Under the pieces are notes generated by a model that was given only the letters and a program-made list of their open reading frames with translations, searched no databases and was not told the DNA's origin. A stretch of 61,572 bases of DNA, filler included, from Deltaproteobacteria bacterium (lineage in GTDB: Bacteria > JAEEML01): the NCBI GenBank assembly GCA_016283195.1. It is 4 parts of 4 records of this genome, joined end to end, with 100 filler letters (N's around TTAATTAATTAA, not from the genome) between each part and the next. Parts side by side here need not be neighbours in the genome. Positions count along the whole stretch, not along the records: positions 24,493 to 52,720 come from JAEEML010000045.1; 3 more parts are not named here. One strand, written 5' to 3'. This document shows positions 38,029-48,492 of the stretch, piece after piece (the first letter of the stretch is position 1; each line of letters begins with the position of its first letter). The translations under genes were made by a program, and so were the position numbers.

Positions 38029-40392
38029 CTAATTAAGATAATTATACCGGCGCTGTTTGTCCTCTATTGTAATAAATTTCATTCGTGGGCTGGGGCGGAA
38101 GATTTTTTCATAGACATAACGGCGAATCTGGTTATCGAGGTCAGTTTTTAGGGCATTAAGGTAATACTTATCTTCATCATCATTTGAATACGCCCGCTGG
38201 AGCTCATGAATAACCGATAAAATCACATATTTTTCGGCATAATCATTGCTGTTCCGATAATCTTTTTTCCCATCATTTGTTAGTGAAAAAGTACCCAGAT
38301 CTTTTCCATTGATAGTAGCTCCGGTGGGCGAAATCCTGAGCTTTTTCCAATCCCCATAATAAAAATATTCAGGAGCTTCATTTTTAAAAAATGGTAATTT
38401 TTTTATATTCATTTTTATTTTTTCTAACTGATCACCAGCCCAATTATTGGCATAAACATTAGGAAAAAAGCGTAAGGTGGCAGAGTCGAAAATTAACGCA
38501 TGAATATCATTATCTTTCACCCCCAAATCAACGCCCAGTATCGACAAGTTAAATTTAAAATATTGTTGGCTAAAAAGAAGAATAAAGGCGTTTGATATTT
38601 CATGGCCGTTATTAATTTTTGTTAATCGCTCGTTGATATCACCTCCAGTTAGGTCTTGGCATTTGTTTTCTGGAATATGATAGCAAGCAAACATGATGTC
38701 GCCGCGTTCTTCTTTGCTTATTTCAATTTTTTCTCCTGTGTCATAAGAGTATCGCGCATTTTCGAGACGTGATTCAAAAAGGTGGTAAAAGAAATCATTT
38801 CTCTTTTTATCATTCAATTGGGCAATTACAGGACGAGAAGCAATAACGTTTCCGCTTTTAAGAGCATCAATATATTTCTTAGTTTCTGTCTCATCAAGAC
38901 CTAACATTGTTTGTTTTTGCAAAAAGTATTGTTTAAGATAACGGGCAGTTTTAAATGCAGAGGTCAATTCCACATAATTATATTTAAGTTTCGCATTATT
39001 ATCAATTCTAATCGCTTTATCTATAGATTTCTCTCTGCCCTCTTTCGTATTAAAATCAGTACCTGCATCAAATAATTCAAACATTAATTCTGTCAGGTTA
39101 TCAAAATCGCTGTCTTCTGTTGCTATAATTTTGTTTGTACTTTTCCATCTGAGATCTTTAATTTGTCTAAGAGCCTTAATATATTTTTCTTCTTGAGACA
39201 GTTTATCTTTGGTTCTTGTATTTTTGCGCAAAAGGTCTTCAGCCAGGGTAGGAATCTCGTCTAAATTGCTTTCTGTGCTATTAATCGCCTTTTGAACCTT
39301 ATAAAAGGCATCGATGTATTTTTCGTATTCCTCGTTTCGTTTCCTATCGTCTTCCGGTTCTCTCAGCGAAGTGGCAAGATAAACCAAAGCCCTCGCTTGC
39401 CTATCTTCAGGTTTATTAATTTTTTCGTCTTTAAGATCAACATAGTAAATCCGTCCATGTTTATAAATAAACATTGTGTGATAGTTATCGCTGGCATAAC
39501 CTAAAACAGCATCCTCTTCTTTATAGTGGAAGGGGTCAAAATACATGAAAATTTGTACTCTGTCTTTACCTGTATTTTCTTCACCTGTATTTGTATCGCG
39601 TACGTTTTTATAAAATTCTTTGTTGTCTCCTTTAAAAGGAAGGCCACTGTCACCGATTCGTATTTTCCATTTCTCTTTTTTGCTGCTAATGACCAGAGAA
39701 TCGCGGTAAAACATATCATCTTTATTTTCATTAATCTCCAAATCATCCAAAATAGCGGCGTTGCCAGCAATTTTTAAATCAAGCAGCAGCCATTTCAACC
39801 TGTAAGTATTAAAATATTCACCTACTTCTGTTTTAATTTGTTCGCCAGTGATATTATTGAGAACTTTTTCAGCCATTTTCTGGGCATCAGTGAGAATCCC
39901 TAATTCAACAGCATAATCCCTGGCTTTTTGTTCATAAACATCGGTTACAATCCTTATGCGGCCAACATTATCAGAATTATTACCTTCGGCATCCGCACGT
40001 ATCTCGACTGTGCCCAAATTAGTACTGCCCAAAATCTCAACTTTAAAGCCATCATCACCGTTTTTATTGCTTTTATTCAGGTCAATACCAGCTTTTACTT
40101 CATAGGTTCTGATTGCGATATATGGGCCATCCTTACCTTCAAAAACTTGAAGAAAATCCAAACGACGTTTAGCGGTCACCAGCTTCATCTCGTTTTTAAT
40201 TTTTGTGATGGAAATATGGGTGTCGTATGTTTTGGATTGACGGAGTCCTAATGAAAAAGGCAGACTCTTGTATATGATGGCTTTAATATCATCTAAAGAG
40301 CAGCCGGTTAGGCAAAAAGCACATAGCAGAAGTAAGGAGAATTTAGTGGTTGCTGAGTTAGTTTTATACATTTTGTTCACCACCTTAATCAT
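38029..40392 (-). CDS. Large lipoprotein with N-terminal DUF4230-like domain
   Basis: Lipobox [15 protein letters not shown]...YEVKAGIDL...[12 protein letters not shown] is DUF4230-like; the remaining ~600 aa are unrecognized; AT-rich. Confidence 0.6.
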   Translation of the reverse strand: MIKVVNKMYKTNSATTKFSLLLLCAFCLTGCSLDDIKAIIYKSLPFSLGLRQSKTYDTHISITKIKNEMKLVTAKRRLDFLQVFEGKDGPYIAIRTYEVKAGIDLNKSNKNGDDGFKVEILGSTNLGTVEIRADAEGNNSDNVGRIRIVTDVYEQKARDYAVELGILTDAQKMAEKVLNNITGEQIKTEVGEYFNTYRLKWLLLDLKIAGNAAILDDLEINENKDDMFYRDSLVISSKKEKWKIRIGDSGLPFKGDNKEFYKNVRDTNTGEENTGKDRVQIFMYFDPFHYKEEDAVLGYASDNYHTMFIYKHGRIYYVDLKDEKINKPEDRQARALVYLATSLREPEDDRKRNEEYEKYIDAFYKVQKAINSTESNLDEIPTLAEDLLRKNTRTKDKLSQEEKYIKALRQIKDLRWKSTNKIIATEDSDFDNLTELMFELFDAGTDFNTKEGREKSIDKAIRIDNNAKLKYNYVELTSAFKTARYLKQYFLQKQTMLGLDETETKKYIDALKSGNVIASRPVIAQLNDKKRNDFFYHLFESRLENARYSYDTGEKIEISKEERGDIMFACYHIPENKCQDLTGGDINERLTKINNGHEISNAFILLFSQQYFKFNLSILGVDLGVKDNDIHALIFDSATLRFFPNVYANNWAGDQLEKIKMNIKKLPFFKNEAPEYFYYGDWKKLRISPTGATINGKDLGTFSLTNDGKKDYRNSNDYAEKYVILSVIHELQRAYSNDDEDKYYLNALKTDLDNQIRRYVYEKIFRPSPRMKFITIEDKQRRYNYLN

Positions 40393-41203
40393 TTAGGTTT
40401 ATTTCAACATGGTCATAATCGGAATGTGTAGCTACGAATTCTTCCAGGCTAGTTAAAAATGTACCATAAATATTAGTCTCTTCTAAGTTTTTCTTGAAAA
40501 GAAATCCGTTGTCTTCATCGATAATTTGCTTTTCAAATTCTTTTTGAATTTCCGGTTTTATCTTTTTTATCTGATCGTCAGGTGTCATAGTATTGGTTAT
40601 TAAATCTTTGTTGTAGTTTATTATTGAGCCAGCCTGAAGTATTTTTATTGGCTTTGATTCCATTGTATATACCGGTATAACATCTGTTATATTTACTTTG
40701 ACATTAAATGGTAGGTCAGATGAATTTTTTTGGTAATCAAAAACAAGAGTTTTTGTGTCTCTGCTACTTCTTTCTTTATTTATTACCAAACTTTCAATAT
40801 CGGCAAATGAGATCTCAGCTTTACCTTTAATGAGGTATATATATATCTCCTTAGTATATTCAGAATTCGCAATAATAGTATCCCGTGATTCTTCTTGAAC
40901 GATAAATTTATTGAAACTAATTTCTTGAAATATAAGTTCCTGCTTCTGCAGATCGGCCAAATTGAATTCTTCAAACATATTCTGAGAATTAATATAGCAG
41001 GCTATTCCAAATGGCACTAAAAATGCCAGAACAAGGCAAATAATTGTTGAAATAATAATTCGCTTAATTGAAAAAAGTTTTTTAATACTCTTGGGAACCA
41101 TTGGCTTGCGTGATAATACGCCAAGAGTAATAATAAGGACAATAAAAATAAACGCTATAGCCCATGTAATCAGGTAATACTTATTAATATCAGTGGTGTT
41201 CAT
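40385..41203 (-). CDS. Two-TM membrane protein, DUF4230-like
   Basis: Two N-terminal TMs, then ELIFQEISF...IYLIKGKAEISF; overlaps both neighbours. Confidence 0.5.
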   Translation of the reverse strand: MNTTDINKYYLITWAIAFIFIVLIITLGVLSRKPMVPKSIKKLFSIKRIIISTIICLVLAFLVPFGIACYINSQNMFEEFNLADLQKQELIFQEISFNKFIVQEESRDTIIANSEYTKEIYIYLIKGKAEISFADIESLVINKERSSRDTKTLVFDYQKNSSDLPFNVKVNITDVIPVYTMESKPIKILQAGSIINYNKDLITNTMTPDDQIKKIKPEIQKEFEKQIIDEDNGFLFKKNLEETNIYGTFLTSLEEFVATHSDYDHVEINLND

Positions 41204-44200
41204 TTTGCATATACTCCATAAGACTCAAGTCTTTCTGTAATATCCTCGAATTCTTTTTGATTATTTTTATCTCGTTTAGTTTCTGCCAATTGTATGGCAT
41301 TGAGAGTTTTACCTCCCTCAGTAATTGTAGCATGTACATTGGCACCATACATGCGCAGATATTCCATAGCCTTGTAATCTTTATTATAAGCGGCGGCATA
41401 AAGAAAAGCTGTCCAGCCTGATTTGTCTTTGCGCTCGAGGCAATTGGGATCGTTTTTCAGCAATATCGGCAGATAGTTCAAGATAATGTCCGGAGGCGCA
41501 TGGTGTGCCAGAAGTCTTATAATAGTTGCTTCACCCTCATTTTTGCCAAAATTTGCACCAAGCTTTTTAGTGAGTGCATTGAATATACTGCGAGCTGTCG
41601 TTTCTTCATTCGTGGTTTGTCCCTTGTCCAGATTTTCGATAGCATACATCAAAGCTGTTTTATTTTGAGTGTTTTTGATAGTTATATCGGCACCTTTTTT
41701 AAGAAGGTGTTCTGTCAGTATTAGATCGCCTCTCTCCACGGCAAGAATCAGCGCAGTAGAACCGGACATCTCACCGCCACGTACTTGTTCATTGATATCG
41801 GCGTCAGATAAGGCATCAATAATGTTCTTTCTATATATACTGAGACTATTATCAAATTTACCTTTATCCTGGATTTCAAAAGCTGCGGTATAAAGTAAAG
41901 GAGTAAACTGGCCATTTTTGTATTGCTTTGTTTTTTTTGTAAGGTTTCTGTCTTTTTTTATAAAATCCTCGATATAATTATGCGAATTAAAATCTTCGTT
42001 AAGTTCAACTTCTATTGCCGTAAAAATTGATTTGCCGAGCTGGCGATTCTCATTAATAAGTTTTTTGATAATGTAGCTACGCTTGTTGCTAAAGGCATAA
42101 TCAATAGCATTTTGGCCCTTGCTGTCTTCCTTGTATAAACCGGCTCCATAATTGATCAGCATTTCAATTATATCATCGTTGTCAGCCATATGAATTGGCC
42201 GCGTTCCGTCTTTTTTGTTTATTGGCTCATCCAAGCCTCTATGTTGAAATTTATTTTGTTTGTCAAATAAAATCTTTAATACGCACTTGCGATCGGAAGC
42301 ATCTGGTTTTTGTTGAACATCAGGTGTACCTACTATTGCCGCATAAACAAAAGGATCAACCGGAGTCTGCTTGTCACCGATTCTTTTTGATATATCAGCG
42401 CTGTTTGGCATACGATCCAACCATTTGTTGAGCCAATCCTTGGCATCACTCTTGTCGCATCCATATTTAAAGGCATAATCGATCAAAGAAAAAATTGATT
42501 CTGAGCTTCCGATATCATTTTGCGGAGTAGCGGGTATATTTTTTTCCAAGATATGATTTACAACATCTCTACGATCAAATTTTAAAGCATAATCAAGGAC
42601 ATTTTTGCCTTCAGTAGTCCGCTCTTGCCAGGATATTTTGATTTCACCATTATCAGTACAGCTATCTTCAGTATATCCGTCAAGAAGCTGAATGACTTTA
42701 TCAAAGGCACCATTTATCTCAAAAACTTTATTGTTGTCCTCATGCTTTTTTATCAGAATGTGAACCAAATTTTCTTTTATACTATTACGGCATTTCGAGT
42801 CCGAGTTCTTGACTGAAGCTGAATTTGGAGTCTTGAGTATACGATTACTTTTATCTTTACAGATTATTTCTCTAAATTCATTATCTTGCGGCAACTTGTG
42901 ACCGTCGTCCAGCCGAAAGCCAAGGTAGGCTGCCATATCGTTTTCACAGTTCTCCGCCTTGTAATCCAGGGCACTTTTGCCACACTCCGTCTTAAAATCA
43001 CACTTGGCGGGAGCATCTTGTTTTCGCAGGTCACCGCCATTTTGTACAAAGGTGTTATAGAGATCTTCATAATTCTTTTTGGCGACATAATGGAATGGTG
43101 AATATTTGTGCTGGCCTTTTATGCCAGGGAACTGATTGTTTTTCTGGAGATAGTTTGGGTCAGCATGGTGCTTTATCAATAGATTAATTATTTCTTCTCT
43201 CTCTCTCTTTTCTTGGTCATTCTCACTATTAAGCTTAATGATTGCCATTAGAAGCTGCGTGAACTCTCCGGACATTTGGTTATCTGTCCCTGTTATTTGT
43301 AATGGGTTGTTGTTTAGGTTATCAAGCTTTTCATACTCAAGGTCAAGGAGTTGTTTAATAGCTGTTTTGATAAAGGATTCCCTGCCAGATGTTTGTTTGG
43401 TTTCATCATAATCAAAGAATAAAGTATTTAGTACTGATGTTTTGGCAAGTTGGCCAGATTTTCCGGATATCGGTCCAACCTTGGCATTTATACAATCGCC
43501 TTCCCCTTTACATTTTTCAAAAATCTTATCAAATATGTTGCTGTTTCCTGTCGCTTCTCCGATTTGCGCTGCCAGATAAAGCGGTGTATAAGTTATTCCA
43601 TCAATAAGCGTTTTATCTGTTTCAGCCTTATGAGTGATTAATTTATCTATTAAACCATAATCATTAGCCTGTTTGTTGGAAGAAAGCTTATAATAAAGCT
43701 TATATAAAAGGTAGGTTAGGGCCGTGTATTTAATTCCGCCGACACTTAGCTCATTGTCTACATTGATATTCTTTTTATTACTAGCTTCAACTTGCCCCTC
43801 ATCTAAAAATTTGTCAATATTGTCTAATAATCCTTTCTCTGGCTGTTTTCCTGAATCGACAATAGATTTAATCAAATAAGAAAATGGTGCTGCGCTTATT
43901 CGTGTTTTGCTGTCTGAGATAGTGGTTTCTATTGAAGCGGTTCCTTTTTCACGGTCAAGTATGAGGTCAATGATTCTTGGATCGTTGGTATAACAGGCAG
44001 CAAACAGTGGGGTTAATTGCTTGAAGTCTGAACCAAACTCTTTACTAATTAGGTCCTCCCTGGCATAGTGCTTACTACCAATATAGGTATTAACGTCTGC
44101 ACCTTCTTGGATGGCTTGGTCAATGATGCGATAATTTTTATGAAGAATAAGGTTAATAAGGATTATTTGTTTATATTTGAGATTATAAAAAACATACGGA

Positions 44201-44541
44201 AGCATTGCCTCTATAAGATCGTCATCACCTTGTTCAATGGCATAGTCGATTGGAAGATAATTATACTGATCCGGTGTGGTGAGCTCTTCCCGCAGATCGT
44301 CTATCAGATTTGTTTGATCTTCCTTGTCATCTTCTTTATCTTTTATATCTTTTATACGTTTGTCCATGAGGACTTTATGATATTTATCTATCTCAGGTAA
44401 ATTATTGTGATATTTCTCGGAAATATCTTGGAAAGTACATCCGGTTGTTGCTTTGAAGAAATTAAAAAAGTCACACCCCAAGGCCGACGCTTTCCCCGTA
44501 AAGGCCAAACATATAATGATTGTCAGTAAAATTATCCGCAT
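41200..44541 (-). CDS. 1113-aa secreted ankyrin repeat protein
   Basis: Signal peptide ending ASA; many divergent ankyrin units (TPLFAAC, TPLYLAA, SPFHYVA, GSTALILAVERG, GWTAFLYAA). Confidence 0.8.
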   Translation of the reverse strand: MRIILLTIIICLAFTGKASALGCDFFNFFKATTGCTFQDISEKYHNNLPEIDKYHKVLMDKRIKDIKDKEDDKEDQTNLIDDLREELTTPDQYNYLPIDYAIEQGDDDLIEAMLPYVFYNLKYKQIILINLILHKNYRIIDQAIQEGADVNTYIGSKHYAREDLISKEFGSDFKQLTPLFAACYTNDPRIIDLILDREKGTASIETTISDSKTRISAAPFSYLIKSIVDSGKQPEKGLLDNIDKFLDEGQVEASNKKNINVDNELSVGGIKYTALTYLLYKLYYKLSSNKQANDYGLIDKLITHKAETDKTLIDGITYTPLYLAAQIGEATGNSNIFDKIFEKCKGEGDCINAKVGPISGKSGQLAKTSVLNTLFFDYDETKQTSGRESFIKTAIKQLLDLEYEKLDNLNNNPLQITGTDNQMSGEFTQLLMAIIKLNSENDQEKREREEIINLLIKHHADPNYLQKNNQFPGIKGQHKYSPFHYVAKKNYEDLYNTFVQNGGDLRKQDAPAKCDFKTECGKSALDYKAENCENDMAAYLGFRLDDGHKLPQDNEFREIICKDKSNRILKTPNSASVKNSDSKCRNSIKENLVHILIKKHEDNNKVFEINGAFDKVIQLLDGYTEDSCTDNGEIKISWQERTTEGKNVLDYALKFDRRDVVNHILEKNIPATPQNDIGSSESIFSLIDYAFKYGCDKSDAKDWLNKWLDRMPNSADISKRIGDKQTPVDPFVYAAIVGTPDVQQKPDASDRKCVLKILFDKQNKFQHRGLDEPINKKDGTRPIHMADNDDIIEMLINYGAGLYKEDSKGQNAIDYAFSNKRSYIIKKLINENRQLGKSIFTAIEVELNEDFNSHNYIEDFIKKDRNLTKKTKQYKNGQFTPLLYTAAFEIQDKGKFDNSLSIYRKNIIDALSDADINEQVRGGEMSGSTALILAVERGDLILTEHLLKKGADITIKNTQNKTALMYAIENLDKGQTTNEETTARSIFNALTKKLGANFGKNEGEATIIRLLAHHAPPDIILNYLPILLKNDPNCLERKDKSGWTAFLYAAAYNKDYKAMEYLRMYGANVHATITEGGKTLNAIQLAETKRDKNNQKEFEDITERLESYGVYAK

Positions 44542-44710
44542 CTAAACTTTTCCTTCCTGAGTGTATCTATCCTGTATTGACGCATTATAGTCTCTCATTA
44601 AGAAGCAAAGCCCAATAAATTGGCGCGATAAATTATATGAAATCTTCTATAATTAAATAAACTTACTGAACTGAACATTACCAGCCCCTTATGGCTAAAA
44701 ACCGTAAAAA

Positions 44711-44739
44711 AAACTAGCGAATCGGTTTGGGGCTGTCAA
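44711..44739 (-). promoter_or_regulatory. Putative sigma-70 promoter for the ankyrin operon
   Basis: Minus-strand TTGACA-N17-TAGTTT about 170 bp upstream of the ATG. Confidence 0.45.
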
Positions 44740-45088
44740 GCGGAAAATTGGGTATTTGACAACCAATTAATTCTTGGACACGCTTGTCTCATGAACTTTT
44801 CCCTCAAACCATTGTTAGAACCGGCTAACTGCTCCAATGTCAGCCAAGCTCTCCTCACGAATATAAAAGGGTGGGACTATCAAATTACGATAGTGCAAAG
44901 AAGAAAAATAAAAAAAATGATTCTCGTCCCCAAAATGCCAAGCAGTGGCTCTAGGCCGGTGGACTAGCATTTGGGCTGTGGCCACTTGCCAGGAATTAGC
45001 AAATTTACCCGAGTTTTTTCACAGAGGCCCTTAAAGAGCCTATCAGCAGGCCATTTTTTCTGCTATACTGCGCCGCCGGGAGGAAGTC

Positions 45089-46636
45089 ATGAGCGAGCGT
45101 ATGTTCCCCATCGGTATGCAAACATTTGGAGATATTCGCCGGCGCGAAGCTATTTATATTGATAAAACAGATCTCATTTATCAGCTGGTGACAGAGGGCA
45201 AAGTCTATTTTTTCTCCCGGCCGCGCCGTTTCGGTAAAAGCCTTTTAATTTCTACACTTGAGGCCTATTTTAAAGGGCAAAAGGAACTTTTTAAGGGCCT
45301 AGCCATGGAAAAACTGGAGAAGGAATGGCTAGAATACCCGGTTTTTCGCTTTGACCTCTCCGGCTCAAAATATACCGATTTGGCAATGCTCCAGGAAAGC
45401 CTGAATTTTATTCTGGCTAAATATGAGAACATTTATGGCCGGGCCCCAAATGCTGAAAAGCCGAGCACCCGCCTCAAATGGCTTATCGAAAGTGCCCATG
45501 CCAAAACTGGCAGGCAAGTTGTTGTTTTAGTTGATGAATACGACGCGCCGCTCCTTGATACGCTGGTTGATGATGCCACATTTAAAGAAATGCGCACTAT
45601 GTTGCGTGACTTCTATAGCCCCTTAAAATCGGAAGATGCCAATTTGCAATTTGTTTTTTTGACCGGCATCAGCAAATTCAGCCAGCTCTCCATCTTCAGC
45701 GAGCTCAATAATTTAACCAATATTTCCATGAATAACGAATTTGCCGCCCTCTGTGGTATCACCAAAGAGGAGCTGAGCGAGCAGCTAGAGCCGGAAATAG
45801 CTAACCTGGCCAAAGCTCTTGGCATTACTCCGGCGTCAGCTCTTTCCCGGCTAAAAAAGAATTACGACGGCTACCACTTTACTGCCAAAAGTCCGGATGT
45901 TTTTAACCCTTTTAGCCTTTTAAACAGCCTCAAGGATAAAGAATTTAAAAATTATTGGTATTCCACCGGCACGCCGACTCATCTCACCGAAATGCTTAGT
46001 AAATACACCCTGCGCCCCGAAGATTTGGAGGGCTTTTTGGCCGGGGAGATGGATTTTAATGTGCCCTTCGATGGGGCTGAAACGCCCATCCCGGCGCTTT
46101 ACCAGAGCGGTTATTTAACCATAAAAAGCTGCAGGCGCAATTTATATACTCTGGGCTTTCCCAATGAAGAGGTGCGTGTCAGCTTTATTAAAGGACTCAT
46201 GCCTTATTATACCAAAACTTCGCTCTCCCAGAACAGCTCTTTTATTGTGCATTTAATGGACGCTCTGGATAATTGCGCCATCGATAGTGCGCTCACTCTC
46301 TTGCGCTCATTTTTCAGCTCCATACCCTATAATGCTGAGCGCCAGGACGAAGCGCATTATAAAACCATTTTTTACCTCATTTTTACCCTGGCCAGCGAAT
46401 ACAGCGTGCGCACCGAGGAATGCACTGCCGCCGGCCGATCCGATGCCCTCATCGAGACGGAAGACACCATTTATCTTTTTGAATTTAAACTATCCGGCAC
46501 AGCCGAAGAAGCTTTAAAGCAAATAGATGACAAAGGTTATGCCATAAAATACGAAGCCGGAGAGAAAAAGGTGGTTAAAATCGGCGTTAATTTTGATAAA
46601 GAGAAGCGCACTATCGAGCGCTGGGTAATTGGCTAA
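45089..46636 (+). CDS. AAA-ATPase_like plus PD-(D/E)XK nuclease, copy 2
   Basis: Same motifs as copy 1; the C-terminal ~117 aa differ at one residue. Confidence 0.92.
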   Translation: MSERMFPIGMQTFGDIRRREAIYIDKTDLIYQLVTEGKVYFFSRPRRFGKSLLISTLEAYFKGQKELFKGLAMEKLEKEWLEYPVFRFDLSGSKYTDLAMLQESLNFILAKYENIYGRAPNAEKPSTRLKWLIESAHAKTGRQVVVLVDEYDAPLLDTLVDDATFKEMRTMLRDFYSPLKSEDANLQFVFLTGISKFSQLSIFSELNNLTNISMNNEFAALCGITKEELSEQLEPEIANLAKALGITPASALSRLKKNYDGYHFTAKSPDVFNPFSLLNSLKDKEFKNYWYSTGTPTHLTEMLSKYTLRPEDLEGFLAGEMDFNVPFDGAETPIPALYQSGYLTIKSCRRNLYTLGFPNEEVRVSFIKGLMPYYTKTSLSQNSSFIVHLMDALDNCAIDSALTLLRSFFSSIPYNAERQDEAHYKTIFYLIFTLASEYSVRTEECTAAGRSDALIETEDTIYLFEFKLSGTAEEALKQIDDKGYAIKYEAGEKKVVKIGVNFDKEKRTIERWVIG

Positions 46637-46726
46637 AATTTTCCCCAAAATCACCTACTATTTCTCACAGATAGGGCGCTAGAACCTACTAAAACGCACG
46701 AGTTTTGCTGGCCATGAAGGGTGGGG
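46283..46726 (+). repeat. 444-bp near-identical direct repeat, copy B
   Basis: Matches 36891-37334. Confidence 0.92.
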
Positions 46727-46785
46727 GAGAGCAGTGCCCAAAGGTACTGGAGTTTTAATGAGAAATCATTAATTTTCGCTTATTA

Positions 46786-48222
46786 CTAAAAGGTGAGCGC
46801 CAGATTCAAGGAGCCGGATTTTTTGCCGATAACCGGATAAACAGCCATTTGATGCTGTTTTTTTAAATCCTCGAGCCGATGTTTGGTTTTCACTTCAAAA
46901 ACAGTGAAGACAATAGAGCCGGCAATAGCTGCGCCGCCCAGAATCATCATAGTTACCCCCGGGACACCTAAATCTGCATCACCTAAACTGGTGGCGAGTA
47001 ACATTCCGGTGCCGGCAGTAAGAACGAGCGCGCCGGGAATCGCCAGAGCAACCCTACCGGCATGAAAGCCCTTCTTTTTCTTTTCATAACGGGCAATTAT
47101 AGATTCGGTAACCTCTTGGTTAGCTTCGCCTTTTACACAGCGAATTGAGAGATGAGTATCCTTGCTACCGCTGTTTACAGCTACATTGTTGGTATCTACA
47201 TAGAGCCCATAGGCTTTTAGAGCGCCTTTTTCGGTGCTTGACCAGAAATAAGCGGCAGTTTCAAAAGGTGTGCAACCGTGGCGGTCGCAGTAGCCGGCGG
47301 GTTTAGCTCCGAAGCCGGAGGTATTTTTTCCGCCTTCCCATGATGTATCTCTAAGCTTTTCTGAACCTTTTACCCCTTTGCCAACCATGCCGTAAAGAGA
47401 GTCAAATTCCGCTTTTGAAGGCAGGTGCCAGCCACTTGGGCACACTCTTTGGGCATCTTCCCAATTATATAAATAAGCAAATTTTTCTATATCTTTAGTG
47501 GGTTTGTAATTTATCTTATCATCAAGATAGCGCATATTTTCCGTTATCCATATTCTGCCGCCAATGTTGGCAGTTTTATATCTGTTGCCGTCACGCGGAT
47601 CGGTAAAGCCGAAGACATCGCTATCTTCCTCAAAGTTTTTGATGCAGCGAACCGAAAGCCTTTCGGTTGTTTGATTATTGCATTTTTGGGCGGAAACACT
47701 CTCCGGCAATACCGAAAAAGAGAAGGCGTTGATACCGTCGCTATCACACTCGGTGCTGGTCCAGAAGTAAGCGCCGGAACCAAACATGACATAGCTGCCG
47801 GATTCGCTGTAGCCAGAGGGCAGTGCCCCGAAACCTGATTCGTTCTTCCCACCTTCCCAGCTTTCATGGCGGAGATTTATAGCGCCTTCTTTACCGTCTC
47901 CGACATTGCTTAAAAGTCTGGCATATTCTACTCTGGTTGGCAAATGCCAGCCGACCGGGCAAACTTTCTGCGCATCACCGTAGGCATATAAACAGCCGTT
48001 ATCTTTCACGGACGCACCATGGCGGCTATCGACGCTGCAGGAGATATTTTCGCTAATATACTTCATATGTTCGGCCAGCCAAGTCCCGCCGCCGATTTTT
48101 ACTGTTTTGTAAGTGTTGCCGTCGCGACTGTCGGTAAAGGTACCGTATTCCTGCGCCAGAGCCGGAGAAGCAAATGACAAGACAGCCAAACAAATTGCTG
48201 CTTTTAGCCCTAAATTAACCAT
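46786..48222 (-). CDS. Secreted tandem FISUMP (Fib_succ_major) domain protein with hydrophobic C-terminal tail
   Basis: Signal peptide; two FTD.RDGN.YKT..IGG..W..E...CP.GWHLP...GFGA.P.G...FW.STE...S.RC domains. Confidence 0.88.
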   Translation of the reverse strand: MVNLGLKAAICLAVLSFASPALAQEYGTFTDSRDGNTYKTVKIGGGTWLAEHMKYISENISCSVDSRHGASVKDNGCLYAYGDAQKVCPVGWHLPTRVEYARLLSNVGDGKEGAINLRHESWEGGKNESGFGALPSGYSESGSYVMFGSGAYFWTSTECDSDGINAFSFSVLPESVSAQKCNNQTTERLSVRCIKNFEEDSDVFGFTDPRDGNRYKTANIGGRIWITENMRYLDDKINYKPTKDIEKFAYLYNWEDAQRVCPSGWHLPSKAEFDSLYGMVGKGVKGSEKLRDTSWEGGKNTSGFGAKPAGYCDRHGCTPFETAAYFWSSTEKGALKAYGLYVDTNNVAVNSGSKDTHLSIRCVKGEANQEVTESIIARYEKKKKGFHAGRVALAIPGALVLTAGTGMLLATSLGDADLGVPGVTMMILGGAAIAGSIVFTVFEVKTKHRLEDLKKQHQMAVYPVIGKKSGSLNLALTF

Positions 48223-48334
48223 ATGGCCTCCTTTAGTTTCTCTTTGGAAAAAATGCGCCTGTATAGGCGCAAAACAAGCGAAATTATTGAAAAAATATGA
48301 AAAAAGTACTTGAAAAAAACTTGGAAATGTGTTA

Positions 48335-48369
48335 GAACTGAACTGAACTGAACTGAACTGAACTGAACT
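48335..48369 (+). repeat. (GAACT)7 pentanucleotide microsatellite
   Basis: Seven perfect copies; a shorter ACTGAACTGAAC lies at 44665-44676. Confidence 0.95.
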
Positions 48370-48492
48370 TATTAAAAGCCCTTACGAGAAAGACAAAAGC
48401 AGGGCGCAAGCTAATATAGATAGCAATTAATTGCAAGCACTTTTCCTTTTTGTGGTGAGCGAAAGCGGATATTTGATATTTGCTCTTGGTGC

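Noticed and set aside
44791-44919. 42-aa ORF after a TTGACA motif
   Set aside because: No RBS, a weak -10 and no recognizable motif.
35694-46726. AAA paralogs as an assembly duplication or IS elements
   Set aside because: The copies differ over long blocks and at scattered synonymous sites; no transposase motifs or terminal inverted repeats are present.
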